A DNA stretch of 64,000 nucleotides from Xanthobacteraceae bacterium. GTDB lineage: Bacteria > Pseudomonadota > Alphaproteobacteria > Rhizobiales > Xanthobacteraceae. Both the position numbers and the translations under genes were made by a program. The notes under the pieces were generated by a model. The model was given only the letters and a program-made list of their open reading frames with translations. It had not been told where the DNA came from and ran no database searches. Numbering within the stretch: position 1 is the first letter of the stretch; each line of letters begins with the position of its first letter. The stretch is taken from positions 2,069 to 66,068 of the forward strand of contig DATBZM010000388.1 in the NCBI GenBank assembly GCA_036513175.1. The letters run 5' to 3'. Shown here in pieces: positions 18,459-27,530 of this stretch.

Positions 18459-18523
18459 GTTTGGCTGGTGAAATCCCGCCAAGGCGGCCGGCTGGCCGCG
18501 GCGTCATGTGGGAAGTGAAGCGT

Positions 18524-19318
18524 ATGAAAGCCGCGCGTCTTGTTGTTCTTGGTATCGCGCTCGCCGCCGGCGGCCTCGCGGCCGTTCTGGCCGGCGGCTT
18601 CGGTGGGCCATCTGCGCCGCCGCCGCCGCCGCCCGCTCCACAAATTGCCACCGCCGACGTGCTGGTTGCCGCAAAGGATGTCGGCAGCGGAACGGCGCTG
18701 GCGGCCGAGGATCTGCAGTGGCAGACGTGGCCGGTATCGGCAGTCAATGCGGCCTTCATTCGCAAGAACGAGCACCCCGACGCGATCCAGCAATATGTCG
18801 GCGCGATCGTCCGCATTCCGATGGCAGCGGGCGAGCCCGTGCGCGACAACAAGGTGATCCGCGCCCAGGGTTCCGGCTACCTGGCGGCGATCCTGCCGTC
18901 GGGCATGCGCGCCTACTCGACCGAGATTTCCGCCGAAACGGGGGCGGGCGGCTTCATCCTGCCGAACGACCGCGTCGACGTGATCCTGTCGCGCCGTGAC
19001 CACGAAGCGGAAAAGGTGACCGGCATCGAAACGCACGTCAGCGAGACGATTCTCAGCGACGTACAGGTGCTCGCGATCGACCAGTTGGTGCAGGAGAAGG
19101 AAGGTCAACGCGTCGTGGTCGGCAAGACCGCGACGCTCGAGCTGACCCAGCGCCAAGCCGAGCTCCTCGCCGCTGCGCGCCAGGCCGGCACGCTGTCGCT
19201 CACGCTGCGCAGTCTCGTCGACGCCAAGTCGAAGCAACCTACCGAAGACCTCAAGCCGGCGCGCACTCGCCTCAATACCATCCGGTTCGGGGTCTCGACC
19301 TCGATCATATCCAGGTGA
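18524..19318 (+). CDS. cpaB: Flp pilus assembly protein CpaB/RcpC
   Basis: ORF 18461..19318 starts with TTG. ATGs at 18506 and 18524; MKAARLVVLGIALAAGG gives the usual N-terminal anchor. SAF-like and RcpC regions follow. Confidence 0.85.
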   Translation: MKAARLVVLGIALAAGGLAAVLAGGFGGPSAPPPPPPAPQIATADVLVAAKDVGSGTALAAEDLQWQTWPVSAVNAAFIRKNEHPDAIQQYVGAIVRIPMAAGEPVRDNKVIRAQGSGYLAAILPSGMRAYSTEISAETGAGGFILPNDRVDVILSRRDHEAEKVTGIETHVSETILSDVQVLAIDQLVQEKEGQRVVVGKTATLELTQRQAELLAAARQAGTLSLTLRSLVDAKSKQPTEDLKPARTRLNTIRFGVSTSIISR

Positions 19319-19340
19319 AATTCGTGGAAGGACTTGCGAC

Positions 19341-20840
19341 ATGGCTAACAGGGCGCTGATCCGCATCGCGACGCTGGCGGCGCTCGTCGCGTTGGCGCCC
19401 ACCTCGCTCGATCGCGCCGGTGCCGCCGAGCTCGGTGTCGATACACGGCTGCCGGCGGCGCACTTCGCGGCGCAACCGGGCGTGCACGTCAGTCCGCAAC
19501 CAGGCGTGCAAGTGGCGGCGAGCGACGCGGGCTCGAGCTTCATTCCACTCGGCGTCGGCAAATCGGTGGTGATCGACCTGCCGGGCGACGTCAAGGACGT
19601 GCTGGTCGCCGATCCCAAGATCGCCAATGCGGTCGTGCGCTCGGCGCGGCGTGCCTACCTGATCGGCGTCACGGTCGGGCAGACCAGCGTGTACTTCTTC
19701 GACGCGCAGGGCCGCCAGCTCGCCGGCTTCGACGTCGCGGTCACGCGCGACCTCAACGGCGTGCGTGCGGCGCTGCGGCAGATGTTCCCCGATGCCGATC
19801 TGCACATCGAAGGCGTCGGCGACGGCGTGGTGCTCTCGGGCACGCTGTCGAGCCCGATCGAGGCGCAGCAGGCCTTCGACGTCGCAACGCGCCTTGCCGG
19901 CGACGGCAAGGTCGTCAACGCCATCGTGGTGAAGGGACGCCAGCAGGTGATGCTCAAGGTGACGGTCGCGGAGGTGCAGCGCGACGTCATCAAGCAGCTC
20001 GGCATCAACCTCAACACCACGGTCGGCCAGGGCACCGCGGTGCTCAACTTCGGCACCAACAATCCGTTCAGCGCCTTCGGCCAGCCGCTCACCAGCAATG
20101 CGATTACCGGCACGTTCGGAGCCAATGCCAACTCGACCGTGACGCTGCAGGCGATGGAGCGCGCCGGCGTGATCCGCACGCTCGCCGAGCCGACGTTGAC
20201 CGCCATCTCGGGCGAGAGCGCGACCTTCCTCGCTGGCGGCGAGTTTCCGATTCCCGCCGGCCTGAGCTGCGACACCACCAAGTCGCCGCCGCTCTGCCAG
20301 GCGACCATCGACTTCAAGAAATTCGGCGTGAGCATGAATTTCACGCCCGTAGTGCTGTCAGAGGGGCGCATCAGCCTCAAGGTCATGACCGAAGTCTCCG
20401 ACCTCTCGAGCGACAACGCGCTGTCGCTGACCGTGCCCGGCGCGACCCAGAACGTCACCATTCCGTCGATCCGCGTTCGCCGCGCCGACACGACGGTGGA
20501 GATCCCGTCCGGCGGCTCGCTCGCGATGGCGGGCATGATCCAGGAACAGACCAAGCAGGCGATCAACGGGGTTCCCGGGCTGCAGCAGCTCCCGGTTCTC
20601 GGGCCGCTCTTCCGCAGCCGCGACTATGTCAACGACCAGACCGAGCTCATGGTCATCGTCACGCCCTACGTGGTGCACCCGGTGGCGCAGAAGGACCTGT
20701 CGCGGCCGGATGACGGCTATGCCGATGTGAGCGATCCCGCGCAGATCCTGATGGGACGGCTCAATCGTATTTACGGCGTCACCGGCGGGGTCGATCCGAA
20801 CCGCACATATAACGGCCATTTCGGCTTCATCATGAATTGA
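19341..20840 (+). CDS. cpaC: Flp pilus secretin CpaC/RcpA
   Basis: Signal peptide, BON-like N-domains, and a secretin C-domain (GGEFPIP...GVPGLQQLPVLGPLFRS); 499 aa. Confidence 0.9.
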   Translation: MANRALIRIATLAALVALAPTSLDRAGAAELGVDTRLPAAHFAAQPGVHVSPQPGVQVAASDAGSSFIPLGVGKSVVIDLPGDVKDVLVADPKIANAVVRSARRAYLIGVTVGQTSVYFFDAQGRQLAGFDVAVTRDLNGVRAALRQMFPDADLHIEGVGDGVVLSGTLSSPIEAQQAFDVATRLAGDGKVVNAIVVKGRQQVMLKVTVAEVQRDVIKQLGINLNTTVGQGTAVLNFGTNNPFSAFGQPLTSNAITGTFGANANSTVTLQAMERAGVIRTLAEPTLTAISGESATFLAGGEFPIPAGLSCDTTKSPPLCQATIDFKKFGVSMNFTPVVLSEGRISLKVMTEVSDLSSDNALSLTVPGATQNVTIPSIRVRRADTTVEIPSGGSLAMAGMIQEQTKQAINGVPGLQQLPVLGPLFRSRDYVNDQTELMVIVTPYVVHPVAQKDLSRPDDGYADVSDPAQILMGRLNRIYGVTGGVDPNRTYNGHFGFIMN

Positions 20841-20860
20841 GCGGCGAGGAGATCGGGTCG

Positions 20861-21598
20861 ATGACATCCGTGGCGGGCGCGATTACCAGGTGCGGCAGGC
20901 AGGCCGGTCGCTTCGCGGCGGCCGCGGCGCTCGCGGCCTCGCTCACCGGCTGCTACACGGCGCACGAGACGGTCGACGCAGTACCGACCGACTATCGCCA
21001 GCGCCATCCGATCACGCTGCAGGAGGGCACGCACGCTGTCGAGATCTTCATCGGCTCGAGCCGCGGCGAGCTCGCGCCGGAGCAGCGCGCGGACGTGCTG
21101 GCGCTGGCGCAACGATGGAAGCGCGAGGCGACCGGAGGCATTGTGATCGACGTGCCGGCCGGCGGGCCGAACGAGCGCGCCGCCGCCGATGCGGTGCACG
21201 AAATCAACTCCATCCTGACCTCCGCCGGGGTGCCGGCCGAGGGCCTTCTGGTGCGCTCATATCGGCCGATGAATCCGGGCCGGCTTGCGACCATCCGGCT
21301 CACCTACCCGCGCATCACCGCGCAGGCGGGCCCGTGCGGATTGTGGCCGCACGATCTCGGCCCCGCCGACGTGGCGGAATACGAGCAAAACAGGCCCTAT
21401 TGGAATCTCGGCTGCGCGACCCAGCGTAATCTTGCCGCCATGGTCGACAATCCGGCCGACCTGGTTCAGCCGCGCGGCGAGACACCGGCCTACGAGGCGC
21501 GGCGCGCGGTGGTGCTCGACAAGTATCGCAAGGGCGAGAGCACGGCCACCAACTATCCGAACGAGAACAAGGGCAAGATCAGCGACGTCGGGAACTGA
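20861..21598 (+). CDS. cpaD: pilus assembly lipoprotein CpaD
   Basis: ORF 20837 begins with TTG. The ATG at 20861 has a GGAG SD. Lipobox ASLTGC; position after cpaC as in Caulobacter-type loci. Confidence 0.8.
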   Translation: MTSVAGAITRCGRQAGRFAAAAALAASLTGCYTAHETVDAVPTDYRQRHPITLQEGTHAVEIFIGSSRGELAPEQRADVLALAQRWKREATGGIVIDVPAGGPNERAAADAVHEINSILTSAGVPAEGLLVRSYRPMNPGRLATIRLTYPRITAQAGPCGLWPHDLGPADVAEYEQNRPYWNLGCATQRNLAAMVDNPADLVQPRGETPAYEARRAVVLDKYRKGESTATNYPNENKGKISDVGN

Positions 21599-21599
21599 C

Positions 21600-22868
21600 A
21601 TGAAGCTTTCCCTGCAGACCGCCGAAACGATCGACGCCGCGCCCGCGCCGACCGAGCGCGACGACTTTATCGCGCCCGCGCCGCGCGTATCGATTCAAGC
21701 GTTCTGTGCCAGCGTCGAGACCGCCGCATCGGTGCAGGCCGCGGCCGAGGACCGCCGTCTCGCCAAGGCGCACCTGCGCGTCCAGATGGGCGGTATCGTC
21801 GCCGCGGTCGAGGCCTATCGCAGCTCGCCGACGCCCAATGTCATCATGATCGAGACCGACACGCGCGTCGACGATCTGATTGCCGGGCTCGACGAGCTTT
21901 CCGAGGTCTGCGATGAGGGCACGCGCGTCGTCGTGATCGGGCGCTTCAACGACATCGTGCTCTACCGCGAGCTGATGCGGCGCGGGGTGAGCGAATATCT
22001 CATGGCGCCGGTGCGCGCGATCGACGTGGTGGGCGCCGTGTGCGGACTGTTCTCGGCACCGGATGCAAAGCCGGTCGGGCGCGTTATCGCGGTGGTCGGC
22101 GCCAAGGGCGGCGTCGGCGCCTCGACCGTCGCGCACAACGTCGCCTGGGCGATCGCGCGCGACCTCTCGCTCGATTCGGTGGTAGCCGATCTCGACCTCC
22201 CGTTCGGCACCGCCGGGCTCGACTACAATCAGGACCCGCCGCAAGGCGTCGCCGATGCGGTATTTTCGCCCGACCGCATCGACACGGCATTCATCGATCG
22301 CCTGCTGTCGAAATGCACCGACCACTTGAGCCTGCTCGCCGCGCCGGCGACGCTTGATCGTGTCTACGACTTCACGGCGGAAGCCTTCGAGCCGGTGTTC
22401 GACGCTTTGCGGGCGACCGTGCCCTGCGTGGTGCTCGACGTGCCGCACATGTGGACGGCCTGGACCAGGCGCGTGCTGGTCGGCGCCGACGACATTCTCA
22501 TCGTCGCCGCGCCCGACCTCGCCAATCTGCGCAACGCCAAGAACATGGTCGACCTGCTGCGCGGCGCGCGTCCGAACGACCGCCGCCCGCTCTACTGCCT
22601 CAACCAAGTGGGCATCCCCAAGCGCCCCGAGATCAAACCTGCGGATTTCGCCAAGGCGCTCGAGGACGACCCCATCGCGGTCATTCCGTTCGAGCCGCCG
22701 GTGTTCGGTACGGCATCGAACAACGGACAGATGATTGCCGAAGTCGCGGCAGGTCATCGCACGGCGGAGATGTTCCGCACGCTCGCACAGGTGCTCACGG
22801 GGCGCGCCGCTGCCAAGAAGAAGAGCAATGGTCTGTTCGGGCCGCTGATCGGGAAGCTGCTGGGCTAG
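21600..22868 (+). CDS. cpaE: CpaE/TadZ pilus localisation ATPase (pseudo-receiver plus MinD/ParA-like domain)
   Basis: True start MKLSLQTAE at 21600 within ORF 21285..22868. Deviant Walker A VVGAKGGVGAST. Confidence 0.85.
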   Translation: MKLSLQTAETIDAAPAPTERDDFIAPAPRVSIQAFCASVETAASVQAAAEDRRLAKAHLRVQMGGIVAAVEAYRSSPTPNVIMIETDTRVDDLIAGLDELSEVCDEGTRVVVIGRFNDIVLYRELMRRGVSEYLMAPVRAIDVVGAVCGLFSAPDAKPVGRVIAVVGAKGGVGASTVAHNVAWAIARDLSLDSVVADLDLPFGTAGLDYNQDPPQGVADAVFSPDRIDTAFIDRLLSKCTDHLSLLAAPATLDRVYDFTAEAFEPVFDALRATVPCVVLDVPHMWTAWTRRVLVGADDILIVAAPDLANLRNAKNMVDLLRGARPNDRRPLYCLNQVGIPKRPEIKPADFAKALEDDPIAVIPFEPPVFGTASNNGQMIAEVAAGHRTAEMFRTLAQVLTGRAAAKKKSNGLFGPLIGKLLG

Positions 22869-22970
22869 AGCATGATCCCGAAAAGTGGATGCCGGTTTTC
22901 GGAAAAGATCATGCTCAAACGATGCGCTAAAGCGTGATGACGATTCGAAGCAAAGTCATCACGCTTTAGC
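22868..22970. repeat. REP-like double-hairpin intergenic element
   Basis: Hairpin 1 at 22868..22916 (GAGCATGATC/CCGAAAA ... TTTTCGG/GATCATGCTC). Hairpin 2 at 22926..22970 has a perfect 16-bp stem, GCTAAAGCGTGATGAC ... GTCATCACGCTTTAGC. Confidence 0.8.
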
Positions 22971-23048
22971 TGTTTGTGATGAATATAGGCTGCCCGCGCT
23001 GGACGATGCGGGCGGGCGCGGGTTTCGGCTGGAGCGGGGAGTAGGGTC

Positions 23049-24587
23049 GTGTTCGGTAAGCGTTCAGTTCCGGGAGCTGACGTGCGCAGCGCGCCCGACG
23101 CGCCCGCGCACTTGATGCCGGCGCCGACGCCGGCGCCCACCCCGCCCACACAAGCCGCCACGGATCAAGGCGGTCGCACTGCCTTTCCGTCCGCTGGGCT
23201 CGCGGCGCCGCTCGTTCCGGCGCCGGTGCCGCAGGCCGGGCGCGTCGTTGGCGCCAACCACAGTCCGGCGCCGCCGACCGGCGCGAGCGATTCGCGCAAA
23301 TCGGACGGCTACTACGAGACCAAGGGCTCCGTGTTCGGCGCCCTGATCGAGGCGATCGACCTCGCCCAGCTCGCCAAGCTCGACGCCGACTCGGCGCGCG
23401 AGGAAATCCGCGACATCGTCAACGAGATCATCGCGATCAAGAACATCGTGATGTCGATCAGCGAGCAGGAGGAGCTGCTCGACGACATCTGCAACGACGT
23501 GCTCGGCTACGGCCCGCTCGAGCCGCTGCTCGCGCGCGACGACATCGCCGACGTGATGGTGAATGGATCAGGCACCGTCTATATCGAGGTCGCCGGCAAG
23601 ATCCAGCGCACGCCGATCCGCTTCCGCGACAATCATCAGCTCCTCAACATCTGCCAGCGCATCGTCAGCCAGATCGGCCGCCGGGTCGACGAATCCTCGC
23701 CGATCTGCGATGCCCGCCTCCCCGACGGCTCGCGCGTCAACGTCATCGTGCCGCCGCTCGCGATCGACGGCCCGGCCCTCACCATCCGCAAGTTCAAGCG
23801 CGACAAGCTCACGCTGGAGCAGCTCGTGCGCTACGGCACGATCACGCCGGAAGGCGGCGACATCCTCAAGATCATCGGCCGCTGCCGGGTGAACACGCTC
23901 GTCTCCGGCGGCACCGGCTCGGGCAAGACCACGCTGCTCAACTGCCTCACGCGCTACATCGACGATGACGAGCGCGTCATCACCTGCGAGGACGCAGCCG
24001 AGCTGCAGCTGCAGCAGCCGCACGTGGTGCGCCTGGAAACGCGGCCGCCCAATCTCGAAGGGGAAGGCCAGATCACCATGCGCGACCTCGTACGCAACTG
24101 CCTGCGCATGCGGCCGGAGCGGATCATCGTGGGCGAGGTGCGCGGACCCGAGGCGTTCGACCTGCTGCAGGCGATGAACACCGGCCATGACGGCTCGATG
24201 GGCACGCTGCATGCCAACAACCCGCGCGAGGCGCTGTCGCGCCTCGAATCGATGATCACCATGGGCGGATTCACGCTGCCCTCGCGCACGATTCGCGAGA
24301 TGATCTGCGCCTCGGTCGACGTCGTGGTCCAGTCGGCGCGCCTGCGCGACGGCTCGCGCAAGATCACCCACATCACCGAGGTGATGGGCCTCGAAGGCGA
24401 CGTGATCATCACCCAGGACTTGTTCATCTACGATCTCCTCGGCGAGGACGCGGCGGGCAAGCTGATCGGGCGGCACCGCTCGACCGGCATCGGCCGTCCG
24501 CGCTTCTGGGAGCGCGCGCGCTACTACGGTGAAGAAAAGCATCTCGCCGCCGCGCTCGACGCGGCCGAGAAGGCGACGGCGGGTTGA
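23049..24587 (+). CDS. cpaF: CpaF/TadA secretion ATPase
   Basis: GTG start with a GGGGAG SD (MFGKRS...). Walker [11 protein letters not shown], Asp/His boxes of T2SS-E family ATPases; proline-rich N-terminal extension. Confidence 0.95.
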   Translation: MFGKRSVPGADVRSAPDAPAHLMPAPTPAPTPPTQAATDQGGRTAFPSAGLAAPLVPAPVPQAGRVVGANHSPAPPTGASDSRKSDGYYETKGSVFGALIEAIDLAQLAKLDADSAREEIRDIVNEIIAIKNIVMSISEQEELLDDICNDVLGYGPLEPLLARDDIADVMVNGSGTVYIEVAGKIQRTPIRFRDNHQLLNICQRIVSQIGRRVDESSPICDARLPDGSRVNVIVPPLAIDGPALTIRKFKRDKLTLEQLVRYGTITPEGGDILKIIGRCRVNTLVSGGTGSGKTTLLNCLTRYIDDDERVITCEDAAELQLQQPHVVRLETRPPNLEGEGQITMRDLVRNCLRMRPERIIVGEVRGPEAFDLLQAMNTGHDGSMGTLHANNPREALSRLESMITMGGFTLPSRTIREMICASVDVVVQSARLRDGSRKITHITEVMGLEGDVIITQDLFIYDLLGEDAAGKLIGRHRSTGIGRPRFWERARYYGEEKHLAAALDAAEKATAG

Positions 24588-25591
24588 TGGCTCGAGATCT
24601 CCTTGGCATGTCGATGCAGCACCTCGCACTGTTCGTTCTCGCCGCAGCGGCCGTCGGCGGCGTCACTTGGGTCTTCCTCTATCCGCTCCTGTCCGGCGAG
24701 CGGCACGCCGAGCGGCGCATGCAGAGCGTCGCCAAGCCCGATCGCGCGGCTACCAAGGCGACGGCGACGCGCGCGTCGCCCAAGCTGCGTCGCAACGAGC
24801 TCGAGGAGACGCTCAAGCAGCTCGAGGCGAGCCGCAAGAAGCAGAAGAACCCGCCCCTCTCGGTGCGGCTGGAGCAGACCGGATTGAGCTGGTCGAAGCA
24901 GCAATTCATGATCGGCTCGGGCGTTCTCGGCGCCGTGGCATTCGTCGGGGTCCTTTTTATCGGCGGCGGCTTCGTGGCCGCCGCCGGGCTCGCCTTCGCC
25001 GCTGCTTTCGGCCTGCCGCGCTGGGTTCTGTCGTACCTGAGGAAACGCCGGCACAACAAGTTCCTGCAGCACTTTCCGGATGCCGTCGACATCATCGTGC
25101 GCGGCATCAAAGCGGGTCTGCCTTTGTTCGATTCGATGAAAGTCATCGTCTCTGACGCGCCCGAGCCGATCAAAAGCGAGTTCCGCGCGATCGTCGAGAC
25201 GCAGACCATCGGGATGCCGCTCGGCGAAGCCTGCGGCCGTCTCTATCAGCGCGTGCCGCTGCCCGAGGCGAATTTCTTCGGCATCGTGATCGGCATCCAG
25301 CAGAAGTCCGGCGGCAACCTGTCGGAGGCGCTCGGCAACCTGTCGCGCGTGCTGCGTGATCGCAAGAAGATGAAGGCGAAGATCAAGGCGATGTCGATGG
25401 AAGCGAAGGCCTCCGCCGGCATCATCGGCAGCCTGCCGATCCTGGTGATGGGCATCGTCTACGTCACGAGTCCCGACTACATCGAGCTCTTGTGGACCAC
25501 GCCGGTCGGCCGCCTCCTGCTTGCCGGCTCCGCCGCATGGATGCTGATGGGCATCATGGTGATGAAAAAAATGATCAACTTCGACTTCTGA
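24584..25591 (+). CDS. tadB: TadB (type II secretion system F-family platform protein)
   Basis: 335 aa, T2SSF-type membrane protein; start overlaps the cpaF stop. Confidence 0.9.
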   Translation: MMARDLLGMSMQHLALFVLAAAAVGGVTWVFLYPLLSGERHAERRMQSVAKPDRAATKATATRASPKLRRNELEETLKQLEASRKKQKNPPLSVRLEQTGLSWSKQQFMIGSGVLGAVAFVGVLFIGGGFVAAAGLAFAAAFGLPRWVLSYLRKRRHNKFLQHFPDAVDIIVRGIKAGLPLFDSMKVIVSDAPEPIKSEFRAIVETQTIGMPLGEACGRLYQRVPLPEANFFGIVIGIQQKSGGNLSEALGNLSRVLRDRKKMKAKIKAMSMEAKASAGIIGSLPILVMGIVYVTSPDYIELLWTTPVGRLLLAGSAAWMLMGIMVMKKMINFDF

Positions 25592-25593
25592 CC

Positions 25594-26574
25594 ATGCTCC
25601 AACTTCTGATTGACAAGCTGCACAACCCGCATTTTCTCGCGATGCTGCTCGCCGCCGTCGCGGCGATCGCCACGGTCGTAACGCTCGCGATGCCGATGCT
25701 TGCGGGCGACACGCTGGATAAGCGCATGAAAGCCGTTGCGCTCGAGCGCGAGAAGATGCGCCAGCGCGAGCGCGAGCGCATGGCGCGGCAGGAAAAGGTC
25801 AGCCTGCGCACCTCGCCCAAGGCCTACATGCAGACGGTGGTCGAGCAGTTCAACCTCACCAAATGGGTCGGCCAGGAGGCGGCACGCGATAAGCTGATGC
25901 AGGCCGGCTATCGCGGGCAGGGGCCCTATGTGGCGTTCCTGTTCTTCCGCATGGTCGTGCCGCTCGCCATGCTGGTGGGCTCGTCTTTCTACGTCTTCGT
26001 CCTCGCCCACCTCGACCTGGCGCCGAGCCTCAAGCTCGGGCTGTGCCTGATCGCGACCTATGTCGGCATGCAGCTGCCGTTCCTGTTTCTCAAGAACAAG
26101 ATCCAGAAGCGCAAGCTGTCGATCATGCGCGCCTTTCCTGATGCCCTCGACCTGCTGCTGATCTGCGTCGAGTCGGGCATGTCGATCGAGGCCGCGTTCC
26201 GACGGGTGAGCGAGGAGATCGGCTCGCAATCGATCGCGCTGTGCGAGGAGCTCACCCTGACGACCGCCGAGCTGTCCTATCTGCCTGACCGGCGCCAGGC
26301 CTACGAGAATCTGGCCAAACGCACCGACCTCGATGGCGTCAAGGCGGTCTGCCTCGCGCTGCAGCAGGCCGAGCGCTACGGCACGCCGATGGCGCAGACC
26401 TTGCGCGTCATGTCGCAGGAGAACCGCGACATGCGCATGTCGGAGGCAGAGAAGAAGGCGGCCGCGCTGCCGCCCAAGCTGACCGTGCCGATGATCGTGT
26501 TCTTCCTGCCGGTCCTGTTCGTGGTGATTCTCGGACCGGCCGCCATCAAGGCGATCGCAGCATTCAATTCGTGA
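25594..26574 (+). CDS. tadC: TadC (type II secretion system F-family platform protein)
   Basis: ATG at 25594 (MLQLLIDKL...) within ORF 25492..26574; T2SSF domain. Confidence 0.9.
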   Translation: MLQLLIDKLHNPHFLAMLLAAVAAIATVVTLAMPMLAGDTLDKRMKAVALEREKMRQRERERMARQEKVSLRTSPKAYMQTVVEQFNLTKWVGQEAARDKLMQAGYRGQGPYVAFLFFRMVVPLAMLVGSSFYVFVLAHLDLAPSLKLGLCLIATYVGMQLPFLFLKNKIQKRKLSIMRAFPDALDLLLICVESGMSIEAAFRRVSEEIGSQSIALCEELTLTTAELSYLPDRRQAYENLAKRTDLDGVKAVCLALQQAERYGTPMAQTLRVMSQENRDMRMSEAEKKAAALPPKLTVPMIVFFLPVLFVVILGPAAIKAIAAFNS

Positions 26575-27436
26575 CGTTGTCGCCGCGGTCCTGCGCCGTA
26601 CGCTTGCGGCTCGTCTTCTTGTTCGCGCTCGTCGGCGTATCGGAGGTCGATGCGATCTTCGCCCAGTCGTTGTGATCGGTCATCATCTGCTTGAGATAGG
26701 CGACGTTGGCGGCCGCCTCGTCGGGCGGAAGGTCGGCGCGCGCGATGCTTTCGGCCTCGGCAAAGCGGCCCTGCAAACCAACCACCAGCGCGAGGTTCTG
26801 CCGCACCCGCGGATCGGCGCTGGGCTGCGTGACCGCGCGGCGCAGCGTCGCCTCCGCCTTGGGCAGGTCGCGCGAGAGCGCGTAGGACAGGCCGAGATTG
26901 GACAGCACCGAAGGCTCGTCGGGAACGATCTTGAGCGCGCTCGAATAGTAGCGCTGCGCGTCCTCGTGGCGACCCATCTGGTCGAGCACTGCGCCCTGCG
27001 CCGATAGAATCCGCCAGTCGGGCTGGTCGGGCGAATGCGCGCGGTTGAGCACGTCGAGGGCCTGGGCATAGTTGCCGACCGCGGCGAGCGCCCGGCCGTA
27101 GGCGCCGAGCACCGCCTTGTCCTCGGGGTGATGCATCGAGGCCTGCTCGAGCACCGCGACGGCCTGCGCGCGCTCGCCGAGGGCGCTGAGCGCGCGCGCG
27201 TAGGCGATCGCCGCATCGCGATCGGCGGGATTGGCGCGGTAGCGCGCGCCCTGCGCCGCGGCCTCGCGCCGCCAATCGTCGTCGGTGCGCGGGGGAGCGT
27301 TTGCGGCAATGGAGCCCGTCAGGTCTTGGCTGCCGGTGGTGACGCAGCCCGCGCCCGTGAGGGCCACGCAACCAAGCAGGGCGGCACTCGCAAGAAGCCG
27401 GGCGGTGCGGCCGGGAGGTCGACGCATTGCCATCAT
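26564..27436 (-). CDS. TPR-repeat lipoprotein, TadD-like
   Basis: Lipobox (LTGAGC) after a signal peptide; several TPR repeats (AIAYARALSALGERAQAVAVLEQA...). Convergent with tadC and overlaps its 3' end by 11 nt. Confidence 0.7.
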   Translation of the reverse strand: MMAMRRPPGRTARLLASAALLGCVALTGAGCVTTGSQDLTGSIAANAPPRTDDDWRREAAAQGARYRANPADRDAAIAYARALSALGERAQAVAVLEQASMHHPEDKAVLGAYGRALAAVGNYAQALDVLNRAHSPDQPDWRILSAQGAVLDQMGRHEDAQRYYSSALKIVPDEPSVLSNLGLSYALSRDLPKAEATLRRAVTQPSADPRVRQNLALVVGLQGRFAEAESIARADLPPDEAAANVAYLKQMMTDHNDWAKIASTSDTPTSANKKTSRKRTAQDRGDNVTN

Positions 27437-27500
27437 TCACTCCGCCAGGCCTTGCGCGGCCCGACGCCGCCTGGTCGCGGCGAGTAGTAGACCGTTAACC

Positions 27501-27515
27501 CTAATGGTTGGTTAA
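27501..27515 (-). promoter_or_regulatory. degenerate CtrA-box-like site upstream of the tadD-like gene
   Basis: The minus strand reads TTAACCAACCATTAG (TTAA-N7-TTAG), one mismatch to TTAA-N7-TTAA; 65-79 nt upstream of the ATG at 27436. Confidence 0.25.
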
Positions 27516-27530
27516 GGCGGGCCCGCTCGC

